This document shows, one piece after another, positions 32,551 to 46,154 of a stretch of DNA of 59,225 nucleotides; within the stretch, counting starts at the first letter, position 1; each line of letters begins with the position of its first letter. This DNA comes from Mustelus asterias (Eukaryota). The stretch covers positions 744,001 to 803,225 of the forward strand of contig NW_027590191.1 in assembly GCF_964213995.1 (NCBI RefSeq), read 5' to 3'. A program made the translations under genes and the position numbers. The notes under the pieces are model-generated. The model ran no database searches. It saw only the letters and a program-made list of their open reading frames with translations, and had not been told where the DNA came from.

Positions 32551-34221
32551 GCATCCTTCAGCATCAGGACGTTTTGTTTTTCCTGTAGTCAATTTCTCTT
32601 CCACTTCTGAGCTTATTGACCATCAAATCCTGCACCATTTTTATTCTCCAAATTTCATTCTGCAGTACCGTCCTGAATTGTTCATTCTGTCTCTTTCTCT
32701 CGCCACAGGCAGTACCCGGCCTGCTGAGTTAACAATTAACAATCAGCCATGGTCGGAAATATTTGGGCAGATATCTAAAAGCTTGGTCAAAGAGGTAGAT
32801 TTTAAAGAGGAAAGGGAGGTGGACAGCTGTAGAGAGCGAGGAGGCTAGAATTAGAGGAGTGGCGATTTGTCAGCATTGTGCATCTGGAGGAGATTATAGA
32901 GATCATGAGAGTCAAGGCCATGGAGAGATTTGAAAAAGCATTTCAACAATTAAGGTGGTGTCTTAACCAGAAGCTTGTGAGGGTAAGATGAGGGTTTCAG
33001 TGGACAATGAGATGAGGCAAAGGTGAAGTTTGATGATACTCTGACCAAAATAGGATTCTAATGATGACATGGAAATGTGGTCAGAAACTCATCTTGGGGT
33101 CCAATATGAGGGAAGGTGGTGGTGTTATTATTCATTCATGGGACGTGGTCATTGCTGGCTGACCAGCATTTATTGCCCATCCCTAATTGCCTGAGGGCAG
33201 TTGAGAGTCAAGCACATAGCTGTAGCTCTGGAGTCATGTGTAAGCCAGACGGAGTAAGGATGGCAGATTTCCAAATAGGTTTTTACAACAATGGTTACAT
33301 GGTCATCGGTAGATTCTTAATTCCAGCTAATTTTTTTGTTTATTGAATTCAAATTCCACCACTTTCCGTGGTGGGATTCGAACCCGGGCCTCCAGAACGT
33401 TGGCTGAGTTTCTGGATTAATAGTCTAGTGACAGTACCACTTGGCCATCAACTCCCCGTAATGGTATTGTCGCTGGACTAGGAGCCCAGAGACTCAGGCC
33501 AAGATCTGGGGGCCATTTGAATTCAATAAAAATAAAATTTAAAAAGGCTAATGACAATTGTCGTAGCAACCCATCTTCGTTCATTAATATCCTTTAGGAA
33601 AGGAAATCTGCCATCCTTATTTGGCAATATGGTTAGGGATGGACAATAAACATTGGCAATGCTCACATCCCATTAATTAAAAAAAACACACAATGATACA
33701 GATTGGTTCTGCCACAGTTGTCAGGAAGAGTCAGCAGCCAGGAATTGGACAATGTCTTCAGATTTCCCAGTTTATTATTGGAGGACTGGTGTCAGACAAA
33801 TTAAACATCAGGCTGATGTGCAGGGCAACTTGGAGGTGATGTTCACATATAGCTGCTTCCCCTAGTCATTCTAGACTGTGGAGATTGAGGGTTTGGGAGA
33901 TTCTGTCACTGTTCCTGTCAAGTTGTACACATATAAAAAATCTCTACTTCGCTCTGCCTCTCTCACCTCTTTCTCTCTCATCCCATTGCTGTGGCAAGTT
34001 TCCTGCCCTCATGTTGATTCCATAAATCAGCAGATCCATTCCGTTCAATTTTACAAACTGCCTTTGTGATCCTGTGGGTTTTCTCATTCTCTCTTTTTTT
34101 CTGTTTTAAATCTCTCAGAATATTTGAAGAGAAGGATTTGCAGTCGGGACATTCAAACCCACAGCAGAATCTGACAGAATTACCCAATTTATCGTAACCC
34201 GACTATCATTTTACTTTGAAC

Positions 34222-34923
34222 ATGGATGAAAAAAGCAGCGTTCACAGTGGAGAGAAACCGTTTATGTGTGCTGTGTGTGGACAAGGCTACAGTCGATCAT
34301 CTGGCCTGTCGAAACACAAACGCAGTCACACTGGAAAGAAGTTGTGTAAATGTGGGGACTGTGGGAAGGAATTTAATTTCCCATCTGATCTGGAAATGCA
34401 TAGACGCTGTCACACCAGGGAAAAGCTGTTTAACTGCTCCGAGTGTGGGAAGGGATTTAATCGCAATGCGCATCTGCAGCAACACCAGCGCGTTCACACG
34501 AGGGAGAGACCATTCACTTGCTCAGTGTGTGAGAAGGGATTTACTAGTTCATCTATCCTGCTGAGACACAAGCAGGTTCATACGGACGAAAGACCTTTCA
34601 AATGCGCAGAATGCGGGAAATGCTTTAAAAGTTCGAGGGAACTGATGAGCCATCAACTCATTCACTCTGATGAAAGACCGTTCAGGTGCTCTCACTGTGA
34701 GGCTGGGTTCAAGCATTCGTATCAACCCTCTCTCCACCAGCGCACTCACACTGGGGAGAAGCCGTACACCTGCTCCCAGTGTGGGAAGAAATTCACTCAG
34801 CCATCCCATCTTCGGTTACACGAACGAGTTCACTCTGGGGAGAAACCATTCACTTGCACTGTCTGTAAGAAGAAATTTGCTCATTCATCCCATATGTTGA
34901 AACACCAGCGAGGTCACAAGTAA
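34222..34923 (+). CDS. C2H2 zinc-finger protein E (8 fingers, no KRAB)
   Basis: Intact ORF from AACATGG; acceptor AG 34117-34118; AATAAA at ~35048. Confidence 0.88.
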   Translation: MDEKSSVHSGEKPFMCAVCGQGYSRSSGLSKHKRSHTGKKLCKCGDCGKEFNFPSDLEMHRRCHTREKLFNCSECGKGFNRNAHLQQHQRVHTRERPFTCSVCEKGFTSSSILLRHKQVHTDERPFKCAECGKCFKSSRELMSHQLIHSDERPFRCSHCEAGFKHSYQPSLHQRTHTGEKPYTCSQCGKKFTQPSHLRLHERVHSGEKPFTCTVCKKKFAHSSHMLKHQRGHK

Positions 34924-36019
34924 TTGCAATGATTGGATATTGTTAATCACGTCCGGGATTGAACTGTGTTCATTTGGGGTCTGTTTTTGCTGATGTTACT
35001 AACCTCCAGTCCAGTTATACAAGTGCTAATATCCTGGCTAAAAGTCAAATAAACTGGCTTTGTGTTAAACAATGTGAGTTGCCTGAATATCTGACACAAG
35101 TTAATTCCTTCTGAAGGATTCTCCGTCTTTCTATCTGCTCCATCCTCACCTCCAAGTGAGAGGAACTCATGGATCTTCTTTGATTGGAAGATCTCAATCT
35201 TAGTGACAGTTGCCTCTGCCGTGTCCATCCCATGCACTAGCCCACCGAGCTAAAATACCCCTTATCTGAGTCCTGCATCTGTATCTTTCTCTAGATTCTC
35301 CCACCTCCCCTCATGACCTCTGCCCTCAAGACCCACTTCCTGCACCTTCTATCCTATTCTCGCTGAACTGCTGACTACACAACATCCCCACGTGAGCTTA
35401 CATTGTTAGTGGTTCGCTTCTTTCTTCGGGTATTGTCCCTCTTTCCTTTAAATCTGTTGTCATCTCCCCCCACTCCCCCCAAAATAACAAACACATCACT
35501 CCTGCATCAGTCCCTGGTTAAGCAGCACCTTGTTTTAAAATTTCTATCCTTATTTTCAATCACTGTATGGCCTCGCCCTTCCCTATCTTTGTGATCTTCT
35601 CCAGCCCCACAACTCTCATATATCAGATCATTTCCAATTCTGGCCTCTTGTAGTGACCATATTTCATTTGCTCCACCGATGGTGGTGGTGCTTTCAGCGT
35701 CATCACCTGTAAGCTCTGGAAATCCCTCCATAAGCCTCTCTACCTCTTTCTCCTTCTTTACGATGCTTCTTAAATAGTCACTTTGTAAGTGCAGAGGATT
35801 GCTGTAAAATGAGCCATGCTGCAGAAGCTTTTTCACTTAACATGACAGATACAAGAATAGCAAATTTCAAAGGGAACAACAATTTATTCTGTGTGTAAAG
35901 AGGTTGCTGATGGGTTGGGAAGTTGACTTTGGCTGAGTCATTGCAATGTGGAATGCTCCAGAGAACGGTTTGTTCCTCCGTGCTTTTGTTTAATTGGAAA
36001 ATTGAAAGGAGGGAGATGG

Positions 36020-36300
36020 CAAGTAGCTCACACCAATTGCTGGGAATTGTAGAAAGAATGAACCGCACATGAAGCTCGTTCTCAGAAAATAACTGGATGG
36101 AACAGCACAAAGTGGACTGAAGAACTTCCACTGGTTCTCATGAGTATCTGGAGTAGGTCCCTATTAGCCCCATCGAACCACAGGAGTGTCATATTGGAGA
36201 CCAAGTGAGGGTAAGAAATTGTGCAAAGGGAGATGTGTTTGGACCCCTGTATAAGGGACCATACACGACAATGGATAAGGTCAGTTGTATTGAATATGCA
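36020..36300 (+). mobile_element. degenerate LTR-retroelement/ERV integrase fragment
   Basis: Translates GIVERMNRT, KWTEELPLVLMSI and FGPLYKGPY (GPY/F motif) in correct order, with frameshifts. Confidence 0.7.
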
Positions 36301-36302
36301 AA

Positions 36303-36608
36303 CGGGCGGCACGGTGGGGCACAGTGGTTAGCATTGCTGCCTCACAGCGCCAGGGACCCGGGTTCAATTCCTGGCTTGGGTACTATCTATGTGGAGTTTG
36401 CACGTTCACCCCGTGTCTGCATGGCTTTCCTGCGGATGCTCCAGTTTCCTCCCACAGTCCGAAAGACGTACTGGTTAGATGAATTGGCCATGCTAAATTC
36501 TCCCCCAGTGTACCTGAACAGGCACGGAGTGTGGCAACGAGGGGATTTTCACAGCAACTTCATTGCAGTGTTAATATAAGCCTATTTGTGGCACAAATAA
36601 AATAATAA
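36303..36608 (+). mobile_element. full-length V-SINE with alternative tail
   Basis: GGGCGGCACGGT head, V-domain, tail ..CTTCATTGCAGTGTTAAT..AAATAA. Confidence 0.8.
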
Positions 36609-37987
36609 ACGTTTTGGCTAAAAAGTCAAATGGTTTTCTCATAACTTGGTGAAACTCAGAGTCCCAGATAATGGAAGAAGCTGAGAAGGATCAGGACTGT
36701 TACGTACACGGTGAAGAATATGCTGCGGACCTGGGACAATGATGAAAAAGAAGTGAAAAGTGCACCTGTACCATGGCTATTGTATCAGGAGGATGTTAAG
36801 ATGGAAGCTCAATCCCCCTCAGCATCTTCATCTGGATGTTATCCAAAACCACATTAGGAAGGGGAATAATATCCAAAATGTCAGACAGTAACGGGGTATA
36901 ATGAATGATGCTTCAACAGCTTTTAACACCAGGGTTGTTAATACCATTAACTTAGCCACTCTTAAGGTCGGAACTTAACCATACATTTACAACATATGGT
37001 CAGGCCCTAAAGTCTCATGTACAAATGATCAATCAAATTATTAAAGAAAGTAAAATTGTATTAAGTGAATCTACTGAATGTATAATGTATGGATCTTGGT
37101 TGGTGGAACAAGCCAGAGAGATGATATAGTATATTGCTAAAGGAAGATGCACTGCAGCAATTCACCAAGGCTCCTTAGGCAGCACCTTCCAAAGCCACGA
37201 CCACTTCCATCTAAAAGGACAAGGACAGAAGATAAAAGCAAAATACTGTCGATGCAGGAATGTGAAACAAAAACAGAATATGGTGGAAAATCTCAGCAGG
37301 TCGGACAGCATCTGGGGGGAGAGAATAGACCCAATGCTTTGAGTCCAGATGACCCTTCATCAGAAGGGCAGAAAATACATGGGAATACCACAACCTGCAA
37401 GTTCCCCTCCAAGCCATTCACCATCCTGAATTGGAAATGTATCACCGTTCCTTCACAGTCACCGGGTCATAATCCTGGAATCCCCTCCCTAACGGCATTG
37501 TGGGTGAACCCACAGCACATGGGCTGCAGGGTTTCAAGAAGGCAGCTCACCACCACCTTCTCAAGGGCAGCTGAGGATGGGCGATAAATGCTGGCCAGCC
37601 AGCGCTGCCCATGTCCATGAATCAATTAAGAAAATGGTTCCCTTGTAGTTAACAGACCAACACCTAAAGGCTATGCCCACTTATCCATTTAATATGACTA
37701 TGTGTCAGGTTAGAGAGCTGGTACAGGTGCAGGCAGTGAGACATCAGTGTGAATGGTTCAATAGGAGGAATACTACTCCATTCAATCCAGAGACAGTTTC
37801 TGATTTTGCTCACTTCTTTGTCATTCTTGTTGAGCCAGTGTGACGGCCTGAGCAATTCAAACCCGATGAGCTGAGTGGGTGTTCACTGCATCACAGATCT
37901 GATCTTGTCCCAAAGCCTTTCCACACTGTCTTCGCTGGAGTCTGTGAGAGTGAGGTGGGAAGAAAGCTACACCTGCAATTGGTCTGA

Positions 37988-38577
37988 ATCATAGAATTCC
38001 TACAGTGCAGAAGGAGGCCATTTGACCCATCGAGTGTGTACCAACCACAATCCCACCCAGGCCCTATTCCCGTAACCCCACATATTTACCCTACTAATCC
38101 CCCTGACACTAAAGGGCAATTTAGCATAGCCAATCAACCTAACCCACACATCTTTGGACTGTGGGAGGAAACCGGGGCACCTGGAGGAAACCCACGCAGA
38201 CCCGGGGAGAATGTGCAAACTCCACACAGACAGTGACCCGAGGCCAGAATTGGACCTGGGACCCCTGTGTGTGGAGTTTGCACATTCTCCTCGTGTCTGC
38301 GTGGGTTTCCTCCAGGTGCTCCGGTTTCCTCCCACAGTCCAAAAATGTGCGGGTTAGGTTGATTGGCCATGCTAAAATGGCCCCTTAGTTTCCTGAGATG
38401 CGTAGGTTAGAGGGATTAGCGGGTAAATATGTAGGGATAAGGGGGTGGGGTGGGGTGGGATTGTGGTTGGCGCAGACTCGATGGGCCAAATGGCCTCTTT
38501 CTGTACTGTAGTGTTTCTATGATTTCCCTGGTGCTGCGAGGCAGTGGTGCTGAACACTGTGCCACTGTGCTGCCCGT
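37988..38577. mobile_element. HE1 SINE (-) with a second HE1 (+, 38266-38525) nested in opposite orientation
   Basis: Host head resumes at ~38526; CCCT at both junctions. Confidence 0.85.
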
Positions 38578-39184
38578 TCTCTTGCCCCTCTATCCTGGAG
38601 AATGTGAATGTGAAATCTTCTCCTGAGTAGCACAGGAGTGAAGGGGACTTTAAAGAAAACACTTCAAAACATTCTGAAGCTCTGTTTGAAATGCAGCGAC
38701 CTTACCAGCGACACATATATCCAATATTGAAATAAGAAACAGGGTTTTGAACTTTGTGTGTGTAAATCCTTCCCTTCTAACCCAGATAAAATTAATTTAC
38801 ACAATCCATCCCTGTCAATCCAGGATAGGAATTCACAACATTCTCTCCTGTTGACAGGGAGCACCGTGCACACGCACTGCTCTGCATTAAACAATGAAAG
38901 ATGTGTTGGGTTTGCATGAACAGAACATCCTGCAGATGCTTCAAATCTGAAATAAAAATAGTCAAAGCCCCAAATAGTGAACAGGCCCAGCAGCTTCTGT
39001 GGAGACAGAAACAGAGTGAAACATACAGTCAAACACCCACATGAATCCGGAGCAGCAGTGGCCCCTCTACTCCAGCATTTGATAAGATCCCGGCTGATCT
39101 GATTGTGACCACAACCCCACTTTCCTGTCTACCCCCAACACCCGCCCCCCCAAAAAAAACCCTTAGACTCTCTTGTCAATCAAG

Positions 39185-40265
39185 AATCCATCCATCCTTT
39201 CCTTACCTTTTCTCCCCCTTTTATTTCCCTTTCCCCTTTTCCCATTTTACCTCTCTCCCACCCATTCCCTCTCCCCCTCCCCCCACATCTTCATCTGTCA
39301 CAGTTGATTTTAGTTTCCCTGCCATTGGCCATTCACACCCTTTATTCTCTCGATGGACAGCCATTAGCAGCTCTTTACCCGAGTTTCTGTATCTGTGACT
39401 CATTTTTCATTCCCTCACCCTGCAGCATAAATATCTCCCACTTTCTATGCCTTTTAGCTTTGACAAAGGGTCGTCTGGACTCGAAACGTCCACTCTTTTC
39501 TCTCGTTACAGATGCTGCCAGACCTGCTGAGATTTTCCAGCATTTTCTCTTTTGGTTTCAGATTCCAGCATCCACAGTAATTTGCTTTTATCCATTTAAT
39601 CAGTCTTAAAAACATTCAATGACTCTGTCTTCACTGCTCTCTGGGGAAGAGAAACCAAAGACCCTCTGAGAGAAAAAAACATTTCAATCTCTCTGTCTCA
39701 AACATCTCAAGTCTAGTTCGCTCTCCAGTGCCACACAGAGAAAGCCAGGCCTGTGAAGGAGGGAGAGAGGGAGATGGAGAAGAACAAAATGAAAGGTCTG
39801 CAAACTGACAAAATGATTCACGGCTCAATACCAAAGCGAGTGGTAATGGGACAAGTAAAGTCACAAAAGATGTTCTGGATGAGGTGTGAATAGCAGCAGT
39901 CTGAATACGAAGTAAATAAGACAAAAGGTGAAGAAAGCAACAACGAAACACAGAACGCAAAGGGGGCAGAGATTGTGGTGTAAAATTGTTGAACTCAGTT
40001 TTGTTCCGAAGGTTGTAAGATGACTCTTTCAGTTGCGGGAAATATATTTCCCAGTTCGATGACAGGTCACATTCAGTCTGTTTCTCTCTCCACAGAGGTT
40101 TCCTGACTTGTTGAGTGTTTCCAGCCAAAAGAGAAAATGCTGGAAAATCTCAGCAGGTCTGGCAGCATCGGTAAATAGAGAAAAGAGCTGCCGTTTCGAG
40201 TCCAGGTGACTCTCTTGACAAAAGCAGTAATTTGCTTTCATTCATGAGTATTTCCAGCGTTTTCT
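39185..40265. mobile_element. cluster of Penelope-like family B fragments
   Basis: Repeated ..GGACTCGAAACGT.. and AGATGCTGCCAGACCTGCTGAG units in both orientations; further copies at 37233-37345, 40805-40970, 49695-49875, 52940-53110. Confidence 0.65.
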
Positions 40266-41601
40266 GTTTTATGTCACAGAGAATGTGTAAGAATTGTCAC
40301 ACCCGGAACAGATGTCTCTTCCTCGGGACACTCCAGCTCGGGTCAGGGTGGGGGGAATAATGTTCACTGTTTTATATTTGTGTCTGGCGCGAATAATACC
40401 TTAGATTAAATGGAGAAGTTTTTTAAACTGAGGAAAGTGACTGCATTTGGGCGCTGACTTTAAACAACATTAACAAGCCCGGGCTGCTGGAGAAACATTT
40501 AGGGATTTGTGAGCAGTCAGTTCCGGCTGGTTTGAAGTGAAATCCTGTCGGTGCTGCGGCAAATCTGAACTCAAACCAGATAAACTGGAACCGCTGGGTT
40601 AGAGATTCCGGGTGTTGGGATGTGGAGGCTGGGGGAGGGGGAGATGGCGGTAAAACTCTGAGCCTGACTTTAGACAGGGTGAGCGGGGTAAAGGGGAGGA
40701 ATGACAGGGTTAATGTGGGAGTCAGGGACAATAGCAGAAGGCGGGAATCTCTGGAAAGGAGCAATGGGGGTAAAGGCCGTCAAAGAATGCTTGTTTAAAT
40801 GAAGATAAAAGCAAAAATACTGCGGATGCTGGAATGTGAAACAGAAACAGAAAATGCTGGAAATCTCAACAGGTCTCACAGCATCTGTGGAGAGAGAATA
40901 GAGTTAATGTTTCGAGTCTGGATGATCACAGATGCTGTCAGACCCGCTGAGGTTTTCCAGCACTTTCTGTTTGTGTTTAACTGAAGGTTCATCAGGGAAA
41001 GAAACAGCGAGTTCACATACACTGAACCCAGGGGGAGGGGGTGACCCAGGATAAGGGACAGGCGCAGCTCAGTGAGGCTCTGCAATGTACCTCAACACAT
41101 CCACATTGAGAGCACCAAGGGGGAGGGGAAGGAGAAACTATTTGGGACACAGCAGGAGGTCACCCCTCCCCCCACTCTGTGGTTCCACAGACCCTCCCAC
41201 ACCTGGGCAGGGTTGGCTCAAGGTGCAGGAAGCTGCAAGCTGAGAGGCTGAGCTGTGAACTGGGCCGGGTTGGGGGTATGAGTGACAGTCCTGGGGCTAT
41301 TTCAGGACAAGAACTGCCACAGATTCCCTCTTTTTTCCTGGGACGTTTCAGTGGAGCTGTGTTGGTGAGTGTTTGTAATCTCTGTCTCACTGTCTCGGTA
41401 ATGGGGGTGGGTTGTAGATTGCTGTGAGTGTTAGACTAAATAACCTCTCCTCATGCTGCCAGTTCCAGTCTGCAGACTCCATTTCTCAGTCCAGTCTGCT
41501 GCTCTGTCTCTGTCTCTCTGTACTTTGCTGCAGTGCTCCACATTCTGAGCAGCATCCAGCCCATTGTTATCTCCTGAAAGTGGCAGCAGACTGCCTTCAC
41601 T

Positions 41602-42400
41602 GTGACATAGTGATTAGCACTGCTGCCTCATAGCGCCAGGGTTCGATTCCAGCCCTGGATAGTTGACTGTGTGGAGTTTGCACAGTAAGAAGTCTCACAA
41701 CACCAGGTTGAAGTCCAATAAGTTTATTTGGAATCAAAGCAAATTACTGCGGACGCTGGAATCTGAAATCAAAAGAGAAAAAGCTGGAAATTTTCAGCAG
41801 GTCTGGTACATCTGTAAGGAGAGAAAAGGGCTGACGTTTCGAGTCCAGATGACCCTTTTTCAAAGCTACTCCATCAGCACTCAGAAAGCTCGTGGTTCCA
41901 AATAAACCTGTTGGGCTTTAACCTGGTATTGTGAGACTTCTTCCTGCGCCAACCCGAGTCCAACACCGGCATCTCCACCTCATGTATGGAGTTTGCACAA
42001 TCTCCCTCTGGATGCCCTGGTTTACTCGCACAGCCCAAGGATGTTAGCTGGATTGACCATGTTAAACCTGTCCCTGAGTGTCCCAAGGTGTGGAGGGTCT
42101 GATTTGATTTATTATTGTCGCACATTCTGGGATACAGTGAAATTTAATATTTCTTCCGTGCTATACAGAAAGAAAACATAACTTGATAAAGTGCACAGAG
42201 GGAAAGGAAAAGAGTCGGGTGCAGAACATAATGTTGCAGTTGCAGAGTGTGTGAAGAGAAAGGTCAGTAGGGGGATTAGCAGGGCAAATGCGTGGGGTTA
42301 CCGAGATAGAGTGTGTGCCTGGGAAAGATACTCTGTCAGAGAGTCAGTAGAGACTCGATGGGTCAAATGGCCTCTTTCTGCACTGTAAGGATTCTATGAT
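41602..42400 (+). mobile_element. HE1-like SINE containing nested Penelope-like A (41684-41982), Penelope-like B (41735-41870) and a Rex-like tail (42098-42262)
   Basis: 16-bp TSD TGT(G/A)TGGAGTTTGCAC at 41668-41683 and 41983-41998. Confidence 0.75.
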
Positions 42401-42439
42401 TAGTGAATTACGGTGAACAACTTTTGAATAGAGGGGTTT

Positions 42440-42490
42440 CTGAGGCGCAAAGCATTGTGGGAATTGTGACCGCCATTAGTCAGTGACTGA
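42440..42490 (+). promoter_or_regulatory. ZNF143/SBS-like and YY1-like motifs upstream of ZNF F
   Basis: GCATTGTGGGAATTGTGAC (~42452-42470) followed by CCGCCATT. Confidence 0.45.
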
Positions 42491-42636
42491 CTCTAAATGT
42501 TTAATTGCAGACTGAGGGCAGGTTAGCAACCTGAACCCTCAATTCTGTTTGTGACTCTCACAGGCTGCCTGGCCTGATGAATATCTCCAAGATTTATTTT
42601 CTTTATCCCAGATACAGTCTCTACAGAGTTTTGAAA

Positions 42637-42958
42637 CATAGAAACCCTACAGTGCAGAAGGAGGCCATTCGGCCCATCGAGTCTGCACCGACCACAATCC
42701 CACCCAGGCCCTACCCCCCCATTTTATCCCGCTAATCCCTCTCACCGACGCATCTCAGGACTCTAAGGGGCAATTTTTAACCTGGCCAATCAACCTAACC
42801 TGCACATCTTTGGACTGTGGGAGGAAACTGGAGCACCCGGAGGAAACCCACGCAGACACGAGGAGAATGTGCAAACTCCACACAGACAGTGACCCGAGCC
42901 AGGAATCGAACCCGGGACCCTGGAGCTGTGAAGCAGCAGTGCTAACCACTGTGCTACC
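42637..42958 (-). mobile_element. HE1 SINE
   Basis: Close match to 18554-18905. Confidence 0.9.
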
Positions 42959-43246
42959 TTATTGTTTTAGAGGTTCGAGTTTAGAAGCAGTTAGGAGTCG
43001 GTTTGAATCAGGCTGCATGTTGGATGCAGAACTCGGTTCCTGCCTCCTGTGTGGGGTTTTTTTATTGTTGCTTTTTTCTGAGTTCTATTCTCTCTGGGTT
43101 CTCTCTCAATCCCCTTTTTTCTGTTTTAAATCAGTTTCACAGGGACTAGAAGCGGACGATTTGCAGTCTGGAAACTGAAAATAAATAGGTCAGGATCTGC
43201 CAGAGTTGCTCAATGTATTGTAACTGATTATCAGTGGATTTTGAAC

Positions 43247-44452
43247 ATGGAAAGAAAAAGCACCATTCACAGTGGAGAGACACTGTACACGTGTTCTGTG
43301 TGCGGACGAGGCTTCAGCCGATCATCTGGTCTGGCAAAACACAAATGCAGCCACTCCATGGAAAAACTGCAGAAATGTGAGGACTGTGGGAAGGAATTTA
43401 ATTACCCATCCCAGCTGGAAACTCATCAGCGCAGTCACACTGGGGAGAGACCATTCACCTGCTCTGAGTGTGGGAAGGGATTCACTCTGTCATCCCACCT
43501 ACTTACTCATCAGCGGGTTCACACTGATGAGAGACCTTTTAAATGCTCAGACTGTGGGAAGTGTTTCAAAAGTGCTGGTGAACTGATGTCCCATCAACGT
43601 GTTCACACTGATGAGAGACCATTCAGGTGCCCTTACTGTGGGACTGGGTTCAGGCATTCACATCACCTCACTGTACACCAGCGCACCCACACTGGGGAGA
43701 GGCCATTCACCTGCTCTGAGTGTGGAAAAGGATTCACTCGGTCATCCCGCCTGCTGACACACCAGCGAGTTCACACTGGGGAGAGACCTTTTAAATGTTG
43801 TGACTGTGAGAAGTTCTACAAAAGTGCTGGTGAACTGATTTCCCATCAACGTGTTCACACCGAAAAGAAACCATTCAGGTGCTCTCACTGTGAGGCTGGG
43901 TTCAGGCGATCATATGACCTCGTTCTACATAAGCGCATCCACACTGGGGAAAGGCCATTCACCTGCTCCGAGTGTGGAAAGGGATTCACTCGGTCATCCC
44001 GCCTGCTGCAACACCAGCGAGTTCACACTGGGGAAAGGCCATTCACCTGCTCCGAGTGTGGAAAAGGATTCACTAAGTCATCCACCCTGCTGACACACCA
44101 GCGCACTCACACTGGGGAGAGACCTTTTAAATGCTCTGACTGTGCGAATTGCTATAAAAGTTCTGGTGAACTGATGTCCCATCAACGTGTTCACACTGAT
44201 GAGAGACCGTTCCGGTGCTCTCACTGTGAGGCTGGGTTCAGGCGATCATCTGACCTCACTGTTCACCAGCGCACCCACACTGGGGAAAGGCCATTCACCT
44301 GCTCCGAGTGTGGGAAGGGATTCATTCAGTCTTCCAGCCTGCTGAGACACCAGCGCACTCACACCGGGGAGAGACCATTCATCTGCTCCGAGTGTGGGAA
44401 GGGATTCACTCAATCATTCCATCTGCTTAAACACCAAAGAATTCACCAGTAA
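43247..44452 (+). CDS. C2H2 zinc-finger protein F (14 fingers, no KRAB)
   Basis: Intact ORF from AACATGG; acceptor AG 43141-43142; AATAAA at ~44571. Confidence 0.92.
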   Translation: MERKSTIHSGETLYTCSVCGRGFSRSSGLAKHKCSHSMEKLQKCEDCGKEFNYPSQLETHQRSHTGERPFTCSECGKGFTLSSHLLTHQRVHTDERPFKCSDCGKCFKSAGELMSHQRVHTDERPFRCPYCGTGFRHSHHLTVHQRTHTGERPFTCSECGKGFTRSSRLLTHQRVHTGERPFKCCDCEKFYKSAGELISHQRVHTEKKPFRCSHCEAGFRRSYDLVLHKRIHTGERPFTCSECGKGFTRSSRLLQHQRVHTGERPFTCSECGKGFTKSSTLLTHQRTHTGERPFKCSDCANCYKSSGELMSHQRVHTDERPFRCSHCEAGFRRSSDLTVHQRTHTGERPFTCSECGKGFIQSSSLLRHQRTHTGERPFICSECGKGFTQSFHLLKHQRIHQ

Positions 44453-46154
44453 CCACAATAATTGGAATCTACTGTCAATACTATCCAGGACTCTAATATG
44501 TTAATTGGGTTTGTTTTTGTTGATGTTAATGAATTCCAGTCAGTTATGTGGTTTAATATTCTGAAAGTCAAATAAATTAGCTATGTGTTCAGTACTGTGA
44601 ATCTTTTTAACATCATCAGCACAACTGAATTCCTTCTGAGTTGCTCTCCTTTTGTCCCTCTTCCAGCTTCACTTCCCCACAAGTGCTCATTGGGAATAAA
44701 ACTCACGATCTTCTTTGTCACTAAGTTTGAGACAATCCAATCAGCTGTCTCTACTGCTTCCCTCCCTTCCCCTAACCCACTGGACCAATGTTCCCCTTTG
44801 TCTGAGCTCTGAACTCTCATCTTTCTGCAGTTTCTCTCCCGCCTCCCCTCATGTCCTCTTAGAGCTCATCTTGTCCATGAGACCCATCTCCTGATCCCTC
44901 AATCCTATTCCCACTGTACTACTGACAGCACAACTTCTCCATATCAGCTGATATTGTCAATAGCTCCCTCTCCTCCAAATCCAATATCGTCACCCACTTC
45001 TCTATAAAATATCCTTGACACATGCCCTTGTAAACTACCATCCCATCTCCCTTTCCTCTCTAAAGTCCTTGAATGTTTACCTTCCACATATTGCGAATTG
45101 TTTTCCCTTTCTCACAGTGTATGGAAAAGTTTATTTTGCTTGTTCAGAATCTGTGGAATCTTGTGCCTTTATTCACTTAAGTGTCTTAAATATCCACCTT
45201 TATCACTTTTGTACAAACTCACCCAAATCTGAAAGCAGTTTAGTGGGAATTGGGTGAACAGAACAGAAGGTGGGTTTCCTGGACAAGATGAGCTGCCAAG
45301 AGGAGATGGAATGTTGCAATCCCAGCTGATGTTACTATTGGACAGGAGGGTCCAAGAATAAAACCCTGGCTCAAGTGACCATAACTTTTATCATTTTGTT
45401 TCAGAAATGTGGATGAACAGAGTCACTGAATGGCCAATTTACTTTTAACAAAAATATTTATTAAACTTGAAAAGGTTGACAAAAACACAAGACTCCTTCA
45501 TTCCACCCTCCTGCTGCAGTGAACACACAGACACAGTGAGCGAGCTCCCTCTTGTGCTGTGAGGTCTCTATCTGGGAGATCACTGATTTCTCAGACGATG
45601 AAAGGATCTTATTGGAGAATTGTGCTGCTGTATTTTTCTTGTTGCTATTATTTTTTATTGTAATATACTTTAATGCAGATGAACCAATTCACAGACTCAA
45701 TAACAATCTCAGAAACAGCAACAAGAAAACTTGCAGACACACACATTTACAGACACAGAGAAACTCACAAATACATATGCAGATATACACTATCTCAGAC
45801 AAACAGCTACAGGCAAACTGTCAGACACACACAAGCACATTCACAGACGCATGCAGACACACAGACATACACACTGTCACACACTCTCAAATACAGAGAC
45901 AGACTGAGACCATGAAGAGTTGGTGTCAATCTCACCCTAATCCACCTGCTTAAATAATAACACCTGCACTAAAATAGTAACAGAAGCAAATCTGAAGCTC
46001 GGTGTGTGGGTTTTATTGTGAATGAGCGAAAGTATAAATATATCCCCATAGCTTTGAGTTGGAGTGGAATTAATGATTTATCTGCTGCCTGCGATCGCCT
46101 TCAACAAATATTAAATCATAGAGATTATAAATTTTGAACAGCAATATCTAATAA

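Noticed and set aside
45310-46150. Possible LTR fragments here and at 49170-49440
   Set aside because: No paired LTR, PBS or TSD could be identified by eye.
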